Notes under the pieces: model-generated
Databases searched by the model: none
Told to the model about the DNA's origin: nothing
Seen by the model: only the letters and a program-made list of their open reading frames with translations
Part shown: one piece after another, positions 1 to 14,460 of the stretch
How the letters are laid out: each line of letters starts with the position of its first letter
Numbering within the stretch: the stretch's first letter is position 1
Made by a program: the position numbers and the translations under genes
NCBI RefSeq assembly: GCF_001194135.2
Contig: NC_068981.1
Span: forward strand, 43,848,210 to 43,912,209
Length of the DNA stretch: 64,000 bases
Origin: Octopus bimaculoides
Lineage: Eukaryota
Direction of reading: 5' to 3'

Positions 1-2289
1 GGATTTTAACTGATCACAACATCTTAAAACAGGTGTCAATTACACAATATATGACCAAGAGATGCTAGTGACTTAAAGAATTCAGAAAGCAGTAGAAGTA
101 GATGTCTATTGAGTGGGGAAAAGAGATGTGAGTAACTAGAAGCCTTCATTGCTAACATCCAGGTGAGAATGTTGAGTGACAGAGAGAGATATGCATCCAC
201 ATATGTGCTAATACAACATTTTAGAGGGAAGTTTGAGCATAACCTGAATATCAGAGTTGGGTTATAAATAAAGACTGGAATATTTGGCTTGGAGAGGAAT
301 GGGATGTGTAGTTTAAGTGTTCATAAGCAGTGATGTATGGGATCTAGATTAGCTTTAAATCCATAGATATCAGAAAAGAAGTAAGAGCATTATCAAGCAA
401 GTTTTGTTTGGGATTTTGATGTCTAGAGATCTAGAAAAGATGACAGAATTATGAGATGATGATAATACTCTGCTGTTAGCTTGAGTTATATAGTTACGGA
501 AGCACACTTAAAGACCAGAGAGTGGTATTAAACCAAGCTACTTTCCAAATTGGTCCTCCTTTTTTAAGGCAGTAATACATAATTTGTGAACGTTTTGGCT
601 GTTATCTCTAGCATAGTGGGTGACTTATACTGGCTCTGTTGGAGAGAGCCCAGATATAAGCACACTGCTTCATCAAATGCTACTGTACAATCCATTTTAT
701 CAATGCAACAAATATAAATAAATGTAAGGCAAATGATATTTAGAAATTCATCCAGCTGCTCTGTAATATTCATTTTGAACTCAATGTCAGATTATTTTCT
801 GAAAAGATCAAGTTTCATCAAAACATTTCAGTAGCATTGCACTGTTAAGACATTTAACTCTCACTGACAAAAGAATCACAATGATAATCTCTTATGGATG
901 CAGTCACTTTCATATATCTATTATTCTGAAATTCAAACAAAGTTTCATTCACCTTTCATTACCCTACACAGAAGTAGAAAATGGTTTTCTTATTTTTATC
1001 TTTCATTATATTACACTTCCACAGACATGGCACATATCCATGAAACTCTGATAGATGAATCATAATAGTACCACAGAACTTAATTTCCTTCTATTATCTG
1101 AGTTGAAGCCTTTACTGCTTTCCATTTGTATAAAGTTGATAAAATAAGTACCAGTAATATGGTAAAATAAAATTATGTTGCTTGTTCCATACCATTATAA
1201 AAAAAAATGGTCACTTTCTTTTTGCCAAAAGAAACCAATGACTTTTCTCATATTTCCACAAATCTTTTATTAATTTTCTTTCTTTCTGTTTGTTTTATTT
1301 TTATTTATTATATTTTTTTAATATTATTTGATCAATGAAATGTAATAATACAGACAAAAACGTATATTTTCAAATTAATATAATTCTTTTGATATCAGGA
1401 GAAAAATCATTTATTTTCTATAGTAATGGAAAATTTTATAAAACTCCAAAGAAAATGAATCTATAAGAAACTTTTGTTTAATTAATTATCATTTTCTTTC
1501 TCTGAGCAAAGAAAATTTGGATAGGGCTCAAGGATGTTAAGTGATAGTTCTATTGTTGAGGCAAAATTTCCTGTAGGAAGAAAAGAGACAAAAAATGAAC
1601 TATATAGTTAGAAGGATTAATACCTTATAATTAAATTTGCGTACATGCAGCTGAAGTTCAAGAGAACTTTGTTGCCAAAGAAAATGTAAAATATAATAAC
1701 ATTAAACCAGCTGCAAGAATAATAAGCAAATAACATTTTCATCACTAGTCTAGTTGATAACAATAAATTTTTTATGACCTAGAGCAGGTTGCCAATTTTA
1801 GATGACCAAGACCAGATATATCTGCTTAAAATGTTCTAACTGCATAATAAATCATTTATTACTTTTAGCTTGTATAAGAGAGAGGGGGGTGAGAGAGAGA
1901 GATAGATTGTTTTTTAACATTTTATTGTAAGCTTCATTATTCACTGTTCAAATCCTGCCACAGACTATTGGCCTATATTTGCCTTGATGGCAGGTATACC
2001 TGCCTTGATTGTAAGTAATACCAGTAATACTATGAGAGCAATTCAATAAATTTTGTCCAGTTAACTTAAATATTTTATTCCTTATATATCAAGAATAAGC
2101 CTTTGATAGGGTACCACACTTTGCAATATGGTGGTCACTAAGAAGAAATAAAAGAAAATGAGTGGATTTGTGGATTTTGGGAGCTAAGCAAAAAGAGGAC
2201 TAACAATAATTTCCACAAAAAATTTATTGTGCAGTTAAGTGGCCATGAAGGCTTGGTTTTCATTCCTTGCTTGTTTTTTTGTTCTCCAA

Positions 2290-3240
2290 GCCATAAGACA
2301 GGAGTTTAATTTCAGATGTCCTAAGGAAGAAACTGTATAATGACCTAGTTTTCATTGAAGATGAAGAATTAGAGAAAGAGTTCCAAACGAAGAATTACTG
2401 AGGAAATCAAGAGATCATCAAGTAAATATAGCAACAAGGTTTTTTCTAATAGACAGAAAATGTCCTGGGACTACAGCCAAGGAAGTGACAATGTATGATA
2501 TTCAGGGAAGAAGTTACATGTATGAATGCCATATATTGCACACAAGTAGAGCCATCTATTATAACCAAGTGGGCCTTGAAAGTTGTTGTGAGATCCTAAG
2601 AGACTGATAGAGAAGGCCTTCCTATGTAGTAGATCTGCAGTATAGCTATAAAAGCACATGCGATACAAATTCTTTTAAATATATGGAAGTCTTAGAAATT
2701 GCTCATAGCTTCTGTTACATAGAAGACTTAATTAACATTGGAAGGAGGTTTTCCTAAAAGAACAGTTGCTAGAGATGGTGAAAGTCTGAGGACAAGATGG
2801 AAAATTTTAAAGGATATATTATTTCAGTTGGTAATAAAGGTAATAGATTCCTAAACTTTTTCTATCCTGTTCCTACTCTACTTAATTATTCGTTTGGAAC
2901 ACACTCTTCCACTGTGAGTTGAATCAGACTGCATGATGGTTGTATACAAAATGAAATTTTACACGGTAGTAAAACATAGGTACTGAATGCAGATGAATAA
3001 AGATTAAAAGAGGTAAGACAGGCATGGGCTGCTGGATATGCAATGACAGCATACATGACCAGAAGGTCACAAATGAGACGACACAAAAACTGCATATAGA
3101 AAAATCAGATGTGATGTGCAAGGGAGAGAGAGATGGAGAAAGAGAGAGAGAGAGAATCACATAGGTGTGCACATGTGATGTATATAAAGGAAGGATGACA
3201 ACTGGGTGTAAATTGCATAAGAGAAAGACTGAACGAGCCA
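2290..3240 (+). mobile_element. Decayed RTE-clade LINE ORF2 (reverse transcriptase) fragment
   Basis: Degenerate equivalents of the RTE motifs [17 protein letters not shown] (~2300-2360), SAWKKFKELL (~2790) and AMLHGSETW...MLRWMC (~2940-3045). Many stops and frameshifts. Matches the cleaner RTE copies at 6.3-6.8 kb and 49.6 kb. Confidence 0.6.
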
Positions 3241-3820
3241 AAGGAAAATCTGCTGATCTCAGGAAAATGAACCTACAATACAAGTCAACTTTGACTCTTG
3301 CATCATCTCATCTTTAATGTAATCTCATCTTCATTTTTTCTCATACATTATCCTCTAATATTGACTAATGATGGCTTTCTCTCTATTTGAAGAAAGTTTG
3401 CTTCAAGTGCAATAAAAGAAATGTTATGAGGTTTCTAAAATAATTGAATAATTATTTATAGGTTTTTGGTGTTCTTGTTAGCTGCTGGCCAACCATGTGT
3501 GAAAAGGTTTATAAATAAAGATATTTCAACCATTACCATCCTGTATTTTTAAAGGTATATAGGACTATATTATCTAATGTGGTTTGTCATTTGTTAGGAT
3601 GGAAGAATATGATTTTAGGTACTTTTGGCTGCTGTTATTTCAAGCAATTCAAGCGTCCATATAGATGCTCCTTCGTTGAATCATTTTGTATTATTGTTTA
3701 GCTGTAGATAAATCCTGATCTAGACAACTTATGATCAAAGACAATCTAGCCATGACCAACCTATCTATGAGATTACATAGCCCAATGTATTATATTCTTT
3801 TGGTAAGATGAGAAATTTGT

Positions 3821-4200
3821 GGAGGCGCAATGGCCCAGTGGTTAGGGCAGCGGCATAGCGGTCATACGATTGCGGTTTCGATTCCCAGACCGGGCGTTGT
3901 GAGTGTTTATTGAGCGAAAACACCTAAAGCTCCACGAGGCTCCAGCAGGAGATGGTGGCGAACCCTGCTGTACTCTTTCACCACAACTTTCTCTCACTCT
4001 TACTTCCTGTTTCTGTTGTACCTGTAATTCAAAGGGCCAGCCTTGTCAATTCTGTGTCACGCTGAATATCTCCGAGAACTACGTTAAGAGTACACGTGTC
4101 TGTGGAGTGCTCAGCCACTTGCATGCTAATTTCATGAGCAGGCTGTTCCGTTGATTGGATCAACTGGAACCCTCGACGTTGTAAGCGACGGAGTGCCAAC
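3821..4200 (+). mobile_element. tRNA-derived SINE, near full length, with probable target-site duplication
   Basis: Pol III A box (tggcccagtggtt) and B box (ggtttcgattccc) at the 5' end. Flanked by aagatgagaaa on both sides (~3805 and ~4205). A decayed copy lies at ~11885-12178. Confidence 0.85.
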
Positions 4201-4389
4201 CACAAAGATGAGAAAGTGTAGAAAATGGAGGAGATTTGGCTTCTATTTTAGCTAACTGAGGAACCATGTAAAGGCTCTTTACGAAGTGTGTATTTTCATA
4301 CTTCAATCAATGTGTCAGAGGAAATACCTGGCAGAATTCAGTTTTCTCCATCTATATTCTGAGTTTATATCATTTTGTATTCAATAAAG

Positions 4390-5226
4390 GAAGTGCCAAA
4401 AATGCACAGGATCGACTCAGGTGACTTTATCTTCTAATTTATAGTCTTCTCTACTATACTACTATATTCTTTACAATAATATTATTTCCTTCCAAACATT
4501 ACTTTAACACCAACACCTTGCAGATTAAAATGTATTTCTTTAGTTGTTGGCAGTTTTTTTTTTTTTGTTTTTGTTCTTTCAGAATGTTTATGAAGATAGT
4601 ACAGGTGAGAGGTGTCAACAGTCTTAACCAAATATAAAACTTGAATAAAGAANNNNNNNNNNNNNNNNNNNNNNNNNNNNNNNNNNNNNNNNNNNNNNNN
4701 NNNNNNNNNNNNNNNNNNNNNNNNNNNNNNNNNNNNNNNNNNNNNNNNNNNNNNNNNNNNNNNNNNNNNNNNNNNNNNNNNNNNNNNNNNNNNNNNNNNN
4801 NNNNNNNNNNNNNNNNNNNNNNNNNNNNNNNNNNNNNNNNNNNNNNNNNNNNNNNNNNNNNNNNNNNNNNNNNNNNNNNNNNNNNNNNNAAAACAGAATG
4901 AAAACAAGTCAAGTAAAAGAAAATTAGATGAAACATTTCTTAAAAGTATCTTCACGATTCTCCTTTAAATAATGTTTTACATAAAAGACTGCAAAAGGTA
5001 AAAAGAGGATAAAAATATATAAAAATATTAACAGACAGAAAAAACATTACAGTAGCAACAGCAACAACAACTACAACAAAAACTCTTAGAAAAATGACAT
5101 GAATTCAGCAAATCTTCAGAAAAGCTGGGAAGGTAAAAAAAATATATACTTTTTACAAGATTTTCAGTGACTTACATAAACTTATGTTTGCTTCATGATT
5201 ATTTTCTCCAAAAGGAGGTGATACAG
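4390..5226 (+). CDS. Candidate short coding exons 4390-4420, 4583-4604 and 5168-5226 (unknown protein)
   Basis: 4583-4604 has a strong pyrimidine tract (ttttgttctttcag) and a CAG|gtgaga donor. The three exons are phase-compatible (2-0, 0-1, 1-0) and read KCQKCTGSTQ-NVYEDST-VTYINLCLLHDYFLQKEVIQ. No family recognised. Confidence 0.25.
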
Positions 5227-5561
5227 GTACTTGCAGATCTTACCATATTCATCCATGTATACAGGCACAAAGTGAGATTCTTGCACTTGGAAACACATAC
5301 CTATACATACATGCATGCTCGCGTATATACACATGTATGCACTTGGATACAAATGAAATTCAAATAAATATATATAAATCTGTGAACACATGCATAGATA
5401 TTTATATATCTGTGTTTATTTGTTTCAAAACATATGAAGCATTGGCCATGCTTTTCCAAGTACGTTTTATATTTTCATGCATGCATATATGCATGCATGC
5501 AAACATACATACATACATATATAAAACAAAACACACAAATCTGCACATATACATACATGCA

Positions 5562-5675
5562 AAAATACCCCGTTGATGTTGTTGAAATTCCAATGAAGGA
5601 GCCTGGAATCTAGGTTAGAGACCAGCTCTTTCTCTATTGGCAAGAAAACTTCAAATAAGACTGAATAATGACACA

Positions 5676-5769
<94 letters not shown>

Positions 5770-5880
5770 ACCCTGTTGTGCTGAAATTCCAATGAAAGGG
5801 CCTTGGATCTGATTTAGAAACTGGCTTTTTTTCTCTATTAGTAAGAAATCTTGAAATAAACTGAATAATGACATACATAC
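5562..5880. repeat. Two diverged copies of a ~115 bp unit separated by (CA)n
   Basis: aaaataccc...gaaattccaatgaa...ctgaataatgaca occurs at ~5562-5672 and ~5766-5873. Each copy is embedded in CA or CATA microsatellite. Confidence 0.75.
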
Positions 5881-6289
5881 ATGCATACACACATACAAAC
5901 ATGCATGCATGCGTACATACATACATACATGCATACATACATACCTGCATACATACATACATACAAGCAAAAATGAAAACATATGAACATATATACCTGC
6001 ATACATACAGGGTGGGCTAGAATTCACGACTCAGTTATATTTCTTGATATGCTTATTTTATTGTTGTTGTATTATTTTATTTCTTCGTCATTGTTAAACC
6101 TCCATGCTTGCATGGATTGGACGATTTGTCTGAGGACTGGTGAACCAGATGGCTGCACCAGGCTTTAACAATCTTAATTCATTATTATTGTATTGTTTTA
6201 TCATCATCCAGTGTTTTAAATCCGGGCTTTGTCCCCGTTAATGGGGGTGGCTGGATCTACCTCAATGCCATAGCAACCACCCTCACATC

Positions 6290-6800
6290 ATCTCGCCAGC
6301 ATGCTTGGTTTTGGGCATCTTCCTTTTTCAAACCAACCCTCCAAATCTCCTACTCCACCTGTTCCCTCCCCCTTTTTCTCTGTCTGCCTCGCTTTGTTGC
6401 TCCATTTACCTCAAACGCAATCACCCTCCTCAGAACATGCTCTTCATCCCTCCTCAACACATGCCCATACCACCTCACTCCATTCACCCTTGCAAACCAT
6501 TCCACTGATTCCACCAACCCCAGCATTCCCATCAAATCCTCAGTCCTTCTCTTATTAAACAGCTTCACCCCACACATTTCTCTCACCATTGCTCTCTCAG
6601 TCCTTCTCAAAAGTACCATCCGTCTCTCCCTTAGACACCATGTCTCACTCCCATACAGCATTGCAGCACTCACACAACTCTTATAGACTCTTCCTTTCAT
6701 CTTTAAGGAGAACCTTTTCCTATATAACAATGCTACAATGCTCCACATTCCCTAAGCTTCACTCAGGCAAGTCTTGCTGTATTTTTTGCAATACATACAT
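6290..6800 (-). mobile_element. RTE-clade LINE ORF2 C-terminal fragment
   Basis: ORF 6350-6748 reads KGRVYKSCVSAAMLYGSETW...VRWYGHVLRRDEEHVLRR...GRQRK, typical of the RTE post-RT region. Confidence 0.9.
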
Positions 6801-7473
6801 TTTAAGTAAACTTTTTTCATAAGCCCTAAAAATACTTTTGCAGATTCCCACTTTATTATTTTGTTGCATGGACCCACAAAATCTTATATGGCCACTTAGG
6901 GACCATATGGACCCCATTTCAGAACCACAGGTCTAGATCATCAGAAGCAGGAGTCAGCAATATGTGGGCCACTGAGATGCTCTTTGTTGATCTCAAACCT
7001 TTTTTAAAAGGCTTTCCAAATTTAATACGTTTGTGGGTCATTAAACATTTGATTACTTTTAGATAGTCTGTTGTGTTGCAATTTGCCAATTTTTCCCCCC
7101 CTTTACATTAACATTGCCAGTTTTGAAAATAGGTGGAAATGTAGTGATATTTTTATGTGTTAATGTGTGTCATGATGTATAAGCAGGCCTTGGCCAAATG
7201 TAAAATACTCAAAAATGGACTATTAAAAGAACCTGCTAATCCCTGACATAAAGTTGGTCATCTCCTTCAACTAAATTCCTATTCCTCTCCTCTTTTCACT
7301 ACCAATGCATTATAAATGTAATATTATCTGGTAATAACTCTCAGCGACAAAAGAACATTCTCAATATTACTCATCATTAGTTGTGACAGTTTAATTAGTA
7401 TGCAGTAACCAAAGGAGATAATTCCAATAGTATCAGAGCTATTGGTCTGCAGATGATGTACAAACAAAAAGAG

Positions 7474-7538
<65 letters not shown>

Positions 7539-8758
7539 TGAAGACATTGTTAATTTTATTGTTTATCTACATTATACTATATTTGATATGTAGGACAATC
7601 TTATCACTGAACTTATATTCAAGTACATACTTTCATAACTGCATCTAAAAGGACATCTGGCTGATTGACAAAGATTCATTAATTCCTCAACATTAGCTAT
7701 TTATATACACCTTCCCCAATGTCCTCTCTACTCATCCACTTCCCCTCCACTCATGACCTCTTCTATGACTCACCACCCAGGTCCCTCACTAAAGTCTCTT
7801 TATAAAATTGTTATGCTCTAGAATTCTCTATCTATCCATATTTTTCCAGTATGCATTGATCTGCAAGAGATCAAACTGAACAACAGCCACATTGATCTCA
7901 GTAGGAAGGCTAGCAAAGATTATGAACACTTGTTCTATGGCATACACAAGGGGAAAAAATACATATATATATATATATATATATACACATTAAAAAAAAA
8001 AACCTCAACTCTGTTGGTCACTAATGACCATAGGTTCAACTAAAAGGTTTTCCTTCGGGGTACAAGTCTGGGTGGAAAATTGCCTCACTGACAAACACAC
8101 AACCTAGGGTTGTGTTTTTTATGGANNNNNNNNNNNNNNNNNNNNNNNNNNNNNNNNNNNNNNNNNNNNNNNNNNNNNNNNNNNNNNNNNNNNNNNNNNN
8201 NNNNNNNNNNNNNNNNNNNNNNNNNNNNNNNNNNNNNNNNNNNNNNNNNNNNNNNNNNNNNNNNNNNNNNNNNNNNNNNNNNNNNNNNNNNNNNNNNNNN
8301 NNNNNNNNNNNNNNNNNNNNNNNNNNNNNNNNNNNNNNNNNNNNNNNNNNNNNNNNNNNNNNNNNNNNNNNNNNNNNNNNNNNNNNNNNNNNNNNNNNNN
8401 NNNNNNNNNNNNNNNNNNNNNNNNNNNNNNNNNNNNNNNNNNNNNNNNNNNNNNNNNNNNNNNNNNNNNNNNNNNNNNNNNNNNNNNNNNNNNNNNNNNN
8501 NNNNNNNNNNNNNNNNNNNNNNNNNNNNNNNNNNNNNNNNNNNNNNNNNNNNNNNNNNNNNNNNNNNNNNNNNNNNNNNNNNNNNNNNNNNNNNNNNNNN
8601 NNNNNNNNNNNNNNNNNNNNNNNNNNNNNNNNNNNNNNNNNNNNNNNNNNNNNNNNNNNNNNNNNNNNNNNNNNNNNNNNNNNNNNNNNNNNNNNNNNNN
8701 NNNNNNNNNNNNNNNNNNNNNNNNNNNNNNNNNNNNNNNNNNNNNNNNNNNNNNNNNN

Positions 8759-9015
8759 ATTAGCATTGAGTTGCTTCTCCAACATACTGAAAATTTAGAA
8801 ATAGCAGTCAAAGAACTACTGATTCTAAACTACAAATTTTTCTCTAAACGGATGGCGATATTTATGGCACACATAGAACAAAAAAACCGGAGGGAAAAGC
8901 GTAAACAAAACAAGTCCGTTTAGAGAAAAATTTGTAGTTTAGAATCAGTAGTTCTTTGACTGCTATTTCTAAATTTTCAGTATGTTGGAGAAGCAACTCA
9001 ATGCTAATCCCTGTA
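8759..9015. mobile_element. MITE-like element with perfect 94 bp inverted arms (left end lost in the gap)
   Basis: 8759-8852 is the exact reverse complement of 8915-9008. The right end reads ccctg+TA, a Tc1/mariner-like terminus with TA target. Confidence 0.8.
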
Positions 9016-9459
9016 TATTTATGATGATAAATGGTTTTACCGATAAAGGTTTTTTCATACTGAACTACTTGGCAAAATTGTTAATTATTAATTCTATTAT
9101 TAATTGACGATTCCCTGCCCTTATTCTTGTATATAGATATAGATATAGATAGATATCAATGAAAAATATTTCAATACAAATGTATTAACGTACCACTCTT
9201 CTGAATTTATATATATATAGATATATATGTATGTATGTGTGTGTGTGTGTGCAATACAAATAGTCTAATTGTCTAATTACAGTAGGCTTTATACACAATT
9301 ATAAAAGCATTTTCATTTATTTAAGCCGTTTCTTATATATTTCAATACATGAATAAGTAAACAAACACAAATAAAACTATATGCATGGGTGCACGTATAT
9401 AGATGTAGTTAGGTATACAAATTATATGATTATACATCTTTGATTTTTGACCTATTACT

Positions 9460-9674
9460 TGTTTCAGTGGCCATGCTGGGGCACTGCTTTGTAGTAATTT
9501 AGCTGAATGGACGCCAGTACCTAATTCTTAAGTACTAGTATGTATTCTATTGGTCTCTTTTACTGAACCACTAAGTTATGGGGATGTAAACACACCAATG
9601 CTGGTTGTTAAGGGGCTGTGGTGGTCAAACACAGATACAAATGCACATACACACACTCACACACACACATACAT

Positions 9675-9710
<36 letters not shown>

Positions 9711-9869
9711 TCACACACACATACACACACGTATGATGTAACACAGTTGGCAATAGGAAGGGGCTCTCAGCTGTAGAAAACCATGACAAAGCTAACAGCA
9801 GACTTTTCTGACTCGCCACTACCTGTCAAAATTTCTACCCATGCCAGCATGGAAAACCAACGTTAAATG

Positions 9870-9904
<35 letters not shown>

Positions 9905-10058
9905 AGGCTTCTTTCAGTTTTTTTCTACCAAATCCAATCATGGCTTTGGTCAGCTTGAGGCTATCATAGGAGACACTGGCCCAAGGTGCCATGCAGTGGG
10001 ACTGAACCCAGAAACATGTTGTTGAGAAGCAAACATCTTGGCACAGATCCATGCCTGT
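9460..10058 (-). mobile_element. tRNA-headed SINE with internal microsatellite (family A) carrying a nested RTE-tail insertion
   Basis: Family A halves lie at ~9460-9720 and ~9903-10058 (ccttgggcaagtgtctt-like core). They are split by an RTE 3' tail (aggaagggg...gcatggaaaac...ttaaatga(GAT)n) at ~9740-9902. Confidence 0.7.
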
Positions 10059-10691
10059 GTCTATGCATTTAAGTATGTATGTGAATATGTATATATGTGA
10101 ATAAGTATGTATGTGAATATGTATCTATGTATGTATGCATATATGCATACATGCATACGCAAATACAATACACATATATACATATATACTTACATATATA
10201 AATACGTACATATGATGCACACACACACACACTCATGCACACATACATATTGATAGATAGATAGATAGGATAGATAAATACATGCATACATGCAGGCATA
10301 CATACATACATATATACATACATACAGACATACATACATACATACATGCATATTTACATACATACATGCATGCATACATACATACATGCATACATACATC
10401 CATATTCCTTTTCCATCTATTTTTCTATGCTATCATGAATTGGAAGTGTCATTTTACAGTTAGAGCTCTTCAAAACAGTAAATCTTACCAGATTTTCAAG
10501 AAAGAGTTTTTTTTTTGTTTCTTTTTTTCCACACACCACCAAAGGCATGCAATGAACAGAAAAAAATTACTGGTAGCAGACGTGCCAACAACAACTAAAC
10601 ATTGTGACTTTTGAATAAGTAAGCAGCTATGCAGGTGTAAATCTTTGAGAAACACGTGTTTCATGCAGATGCCTTTACATGTATACATACA

Positions 10692-10723
<32 letters not shown>

Positions 10724-11354
10724 CATATATATATACAACAAAAATTTAGATGAATATGGTACTTCAGATGAATATTATACTTAAGTTGAGGCACCAGAAT
10801 TTAGTACAGTATAATCCATACAATTTCAAAGTAAGGTGATTAAAATCAAAACAAGCAACAAGGATATCCACAGGTNNNNNNNNNNNNNNNNNNNNNNNNN
10901 NNNNNNNNNNNNNNNNNNNNNNNNNNNNNNNNNNNNNNNNNNNNNNNNNNNNNNNNNNNNNNNNNNNNNNNNNNNNNNNNNNNNNNNNNNNNNNNNTATA
11001 TATATACATATATATATATATATATTAGAAAAGGAAAAGAATGACTTCATTGGTTGTTCTAATCAGTTTAATTTATTATTTCTTAATTTTTTAATAATAT
11101 AAATTTTAGTTTGTAGATCATACATGCACATATCCAAATATATATCATTGCTATTATGGAAAAGTGTCGTAAGTCCAAAATGTTGCTTTTTCAAAAAACG
11201 AAAAAATAATTTCACCATGCCATAGCAAAACCATTGTACTACACTTTGACAATTTTGACACCTCAACAACTGAAACAGCTGTAGGTACGATAGTTTGACC
11301 AAAAGAACTGGCTATTGCAAGCAAAATTGAATGTTTTTTTCTACTATAGACACG

Positions 11355-11750
11355 AGGCCCGAAATTTTTAGGGAAGGGCCAGTCAATTAGATCAACCCCA
11401 GTACACAACTGGTACTTAATTTATCGCCCCTGAAAGGATGAAAGAACGTAAAGACAGACAGAATACTGCTAAGCATTTCACCCAGCATGCTAATATTTCT
11501 TATTTCTTTACTGCCCACAAGGGGCTACACACAGAGGGGACAAAGAAGGACAGACAAATGGATTGAGTCGATTATATCAACCCCAGGTCATAATTGGTTC
11601 TTAACTTATCGACCCTGAAAGGATGAAAGGCAAAGTCGACCTCGGCGGAATTTGAACTCAGAACGAAATACTGCTAAGCATTTCACCCGGAGTGCTAACG
11701 TTTCTGCCAGTTCACTGCCTTGCTAATGGTTCTGCCAGCTCACCACCTTC
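11355..11750 (-). mobile_element. Two adjacent partial copies of SINE family B
   Basis: Shares gtacttaatttatcgacc...gaaaggatgaaaggcaaagtcgacctcggcggaatttgaactc with the copies at 18.5, 29.8, 43.7 and 61.9-62.3 kb. Confidence 0.85.
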
Positions 11751-12224
11751 AAGTAAAAATAAATATTGTAAAAAACACATTTGGACATACAACAGTAAGA
11801 CATAATAGCAACAATATATACACATAGACAGCTATGAAAAACTCGTATATGTGTTTCTAAGCCAATGCATTTATAGTGATGTTGCATGACTTAGTGGTTA
11901 GGATGTTCTGCTCACGACTATAAGGTCATGCCTTTGATTCGTAATGGCATGTTGTGTCCTTCAGCAAGTTACTAGTTTACTCAGCTACCAAAAAATGAGT
12001 TGTACATGTGTTTCAAAGGCTTGTCACATTCTGTGTGTTACTGACTCTCCTAGAGAACGCTAAGGGTATGTGTGTCTGTGAAGTACTTAGCCACTTGCAC
12101 ATTAATTTCATGAGCAGACTGTTGTTCTGTTGATCGGATCAAATGAAACTCTTGTTGTCGTAAGCGATGGAGTGCCATTTATATAGCTACAGTTATATAC
12201 ATACACTTTTGTTCTGATACAAAA

Positions 12225-12414
12225 ACTGATGACGATGAAGACGACGACGATGATGATGATGAGAATGACGACGACGACGATGATGATGATGATGACAACG
12301 ATGACGACGACGATGATAGTGATGAAATGCTGAGTATTGTAATCCACTTCTTTGTGGTGAGGTTTAATGCAGGTAGATACAAAACAATTAATGTCTATGT
12401 ATGCATGCACACAT

Positions 12415-12463
<49 letters not shown>

Positions 12464-13078
12464 TTTAGAAGTAAAAAATCACATATATATATAAGAAATA
12501 TACAGAGTGGCACGTAGAAGTACCATTTTCACATATATATTGCAGACATGTCTACATCCACATAAAGCTGAAACATATGTACACACACTAATGCATGATC
12601 ATGTTGATGATAATTAAATCAATGACGAGGAAGACCACAATGATAATGGAAATGATGGTGATGATAAGGATATCATTGAAGATGATAACATACGTAGATA
12701 TACATAAAATTCTAATGTAAAAAGAATAAATAAATAAAAGCAATATGTTGCAGCAACAGGTGGGCTCAAAATTGTTAAAGACTAGATAGGAGAATTCTTT
12801 GATTTCCATTGGCGGCAGACAGACATTAGTATTCATGACTAAGATAGTATTTTATTTCAACACTTCAATCTCTATGCCACCGTTGTCGAGTTAGGAAATG
12901 ATTGGCCATTTGCTATTGCATATATGTTCTGTTGATGAGAAAGACAATGATGACGATGACGACGATGGTGATGACGGTGGCAACGACGACGATGATGATG
13001 ATGATGGCAGTGGTGGTGTTGTTGGTGGTGGTGGTGGTGTTGTTGTTATTGGTGGTGGTGGTGGTGGTGGGGGTGTTG

Positions 13079-13110
<32 letters not shown>

Positions 13111-13325
13111 GGTGGCAGTGGGTATGAATGATAGCAGCAGTATGGTGACGATGATNNNNNNNNNNTTGTTGGTGGTGGTGGTGGTGGCAGTGGGTATGAA
13201 TGATAGCAGCAGTATGGTGACGATGATGATGGGGAGGAGGAGGAGGAGGAGGAGGAGGTGGAAGAAGAAGAAGGGGAAGAGGAGGAGAAAGATGGTGTGG
13301 TGGCGGTGAAGAAAATGGTGACTAC

Positions 13326-13361
<36 letters not shown>

Positions 13362-13500
13362 TGTGAAAATTTTGAAACGCTGACTATGGTATAGATAATG
13401 TTGTTGTAGTTGTTGCTGTCGTTAATGATGACAACAATGACGATGATGAAACTGACGATGATGACAGCGATGATGATGATGATAATGATGATGGTTAAAA
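12225..13500. repeat. Compound trinucleotide arrays (GAT/GAC/GGT/GTT/GGA) and (CA)n
   Basis: Directly visible. These arrays produce the poly-D, poly-G, poly-V and poly-S ORFs in the track. Confidence 0.9.
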
Positions 13501-14429
13501 AAATGCTGATGATGAGGTTGTTGGTATTGATTTCTTGAATAGATATTGACTGTTCTAGGGTAGAGTCAACTGTCTGGCAACTTTCACTTTACTTTTCCTT
13601 CTGCTGCTCCTCCTCACTTTTAGAAATACTGCCGTAAAGAATGATGATGATGATGTTGATGATGATAATGATGATGATGATGATTGTCATGTAGGTTTCC
13701 TTCATACTGTCATATTTAATTTTTAGCATGCATTCATTTTCAAATGTACACTTCTGGACATACATACATACATACATACATGCATATGTGTGTGTGTGTG
13801 TATATATATATACATATATTTATGTATGTATGCATCTATATATATACATATATATATATATTTATGTATGTATGCATATATATATATATAAATATATATG
13901 TATGTATATATATATAGATATATGTATGCATATATATATATATATATATANNNNNNNNNNNNNNNNNNNNNNNNNNNNNNNNNNNNNNNNNNNNNNNNNN
14001 NNNNNNNNNNNNNNNNNNNNNNNNNNNNNNNNNNNNNNNNNNNNNNNNNNNNNNNNNNNNNNNNNNNNNNNNNNNNNNNNNNNNNNNNNNNNNNNNNNNN
14101 NNNNNNNNNNNNNNNNNNNNNNNNNNNNNNNNNNNNNNNNNNNNNNNNNNNNNNNNNNNNNNNNNNNNNNNNNNNNNNNNNNNNNNNNNNNNNNNNNNNN
14201 NNNNNNNNNNNNNNNNNNNNNNNNNNNNNNNNNNNNNNNNNNNNNNNNNNNNNNNNNNNNNNNNNNNNNNNNNNNNNNNNNNNNNNNNNNNNNNNNNNNN
14301 NNNNNNNNNNNNNNNNNNNNNNNNNNNNNNNNNNNNNNNNNNNNNNNNNNNNNNNNNNNNNNNNNNNNNNNNNNNNNNNNNNNNNNNNNNNNNNNNNNNN
14401 NNNNNNNNNNNNNNNNNNNNNNNNNNNNN

Positions 14430-14460
<31 letters not shown>

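Noticed and set aside
564-773. 69 aa minus-strand ORF that looks protein-like
   Set aside because: There is an in-frame stop just upstream and no good acceptor. Its 3' part resembles a short dispersed repeat (gctagaaatagcagccaaa-like, with similar segments near 3480, 18400 and 33510).
3821-3895. tRNA gene (also the heads at 23150-23218 and 50380-50445)
   Set aside because: The A/B boxes run into SINE bodies, and no complete cloverleaf or terminator is evident.
12108-13777. Poly-Asp, poly-Gly, poly-Val and poly-Ser ORFs
   Set aside because: They are translations of trinucleotide microsatellites, with no splice or codon evidence.
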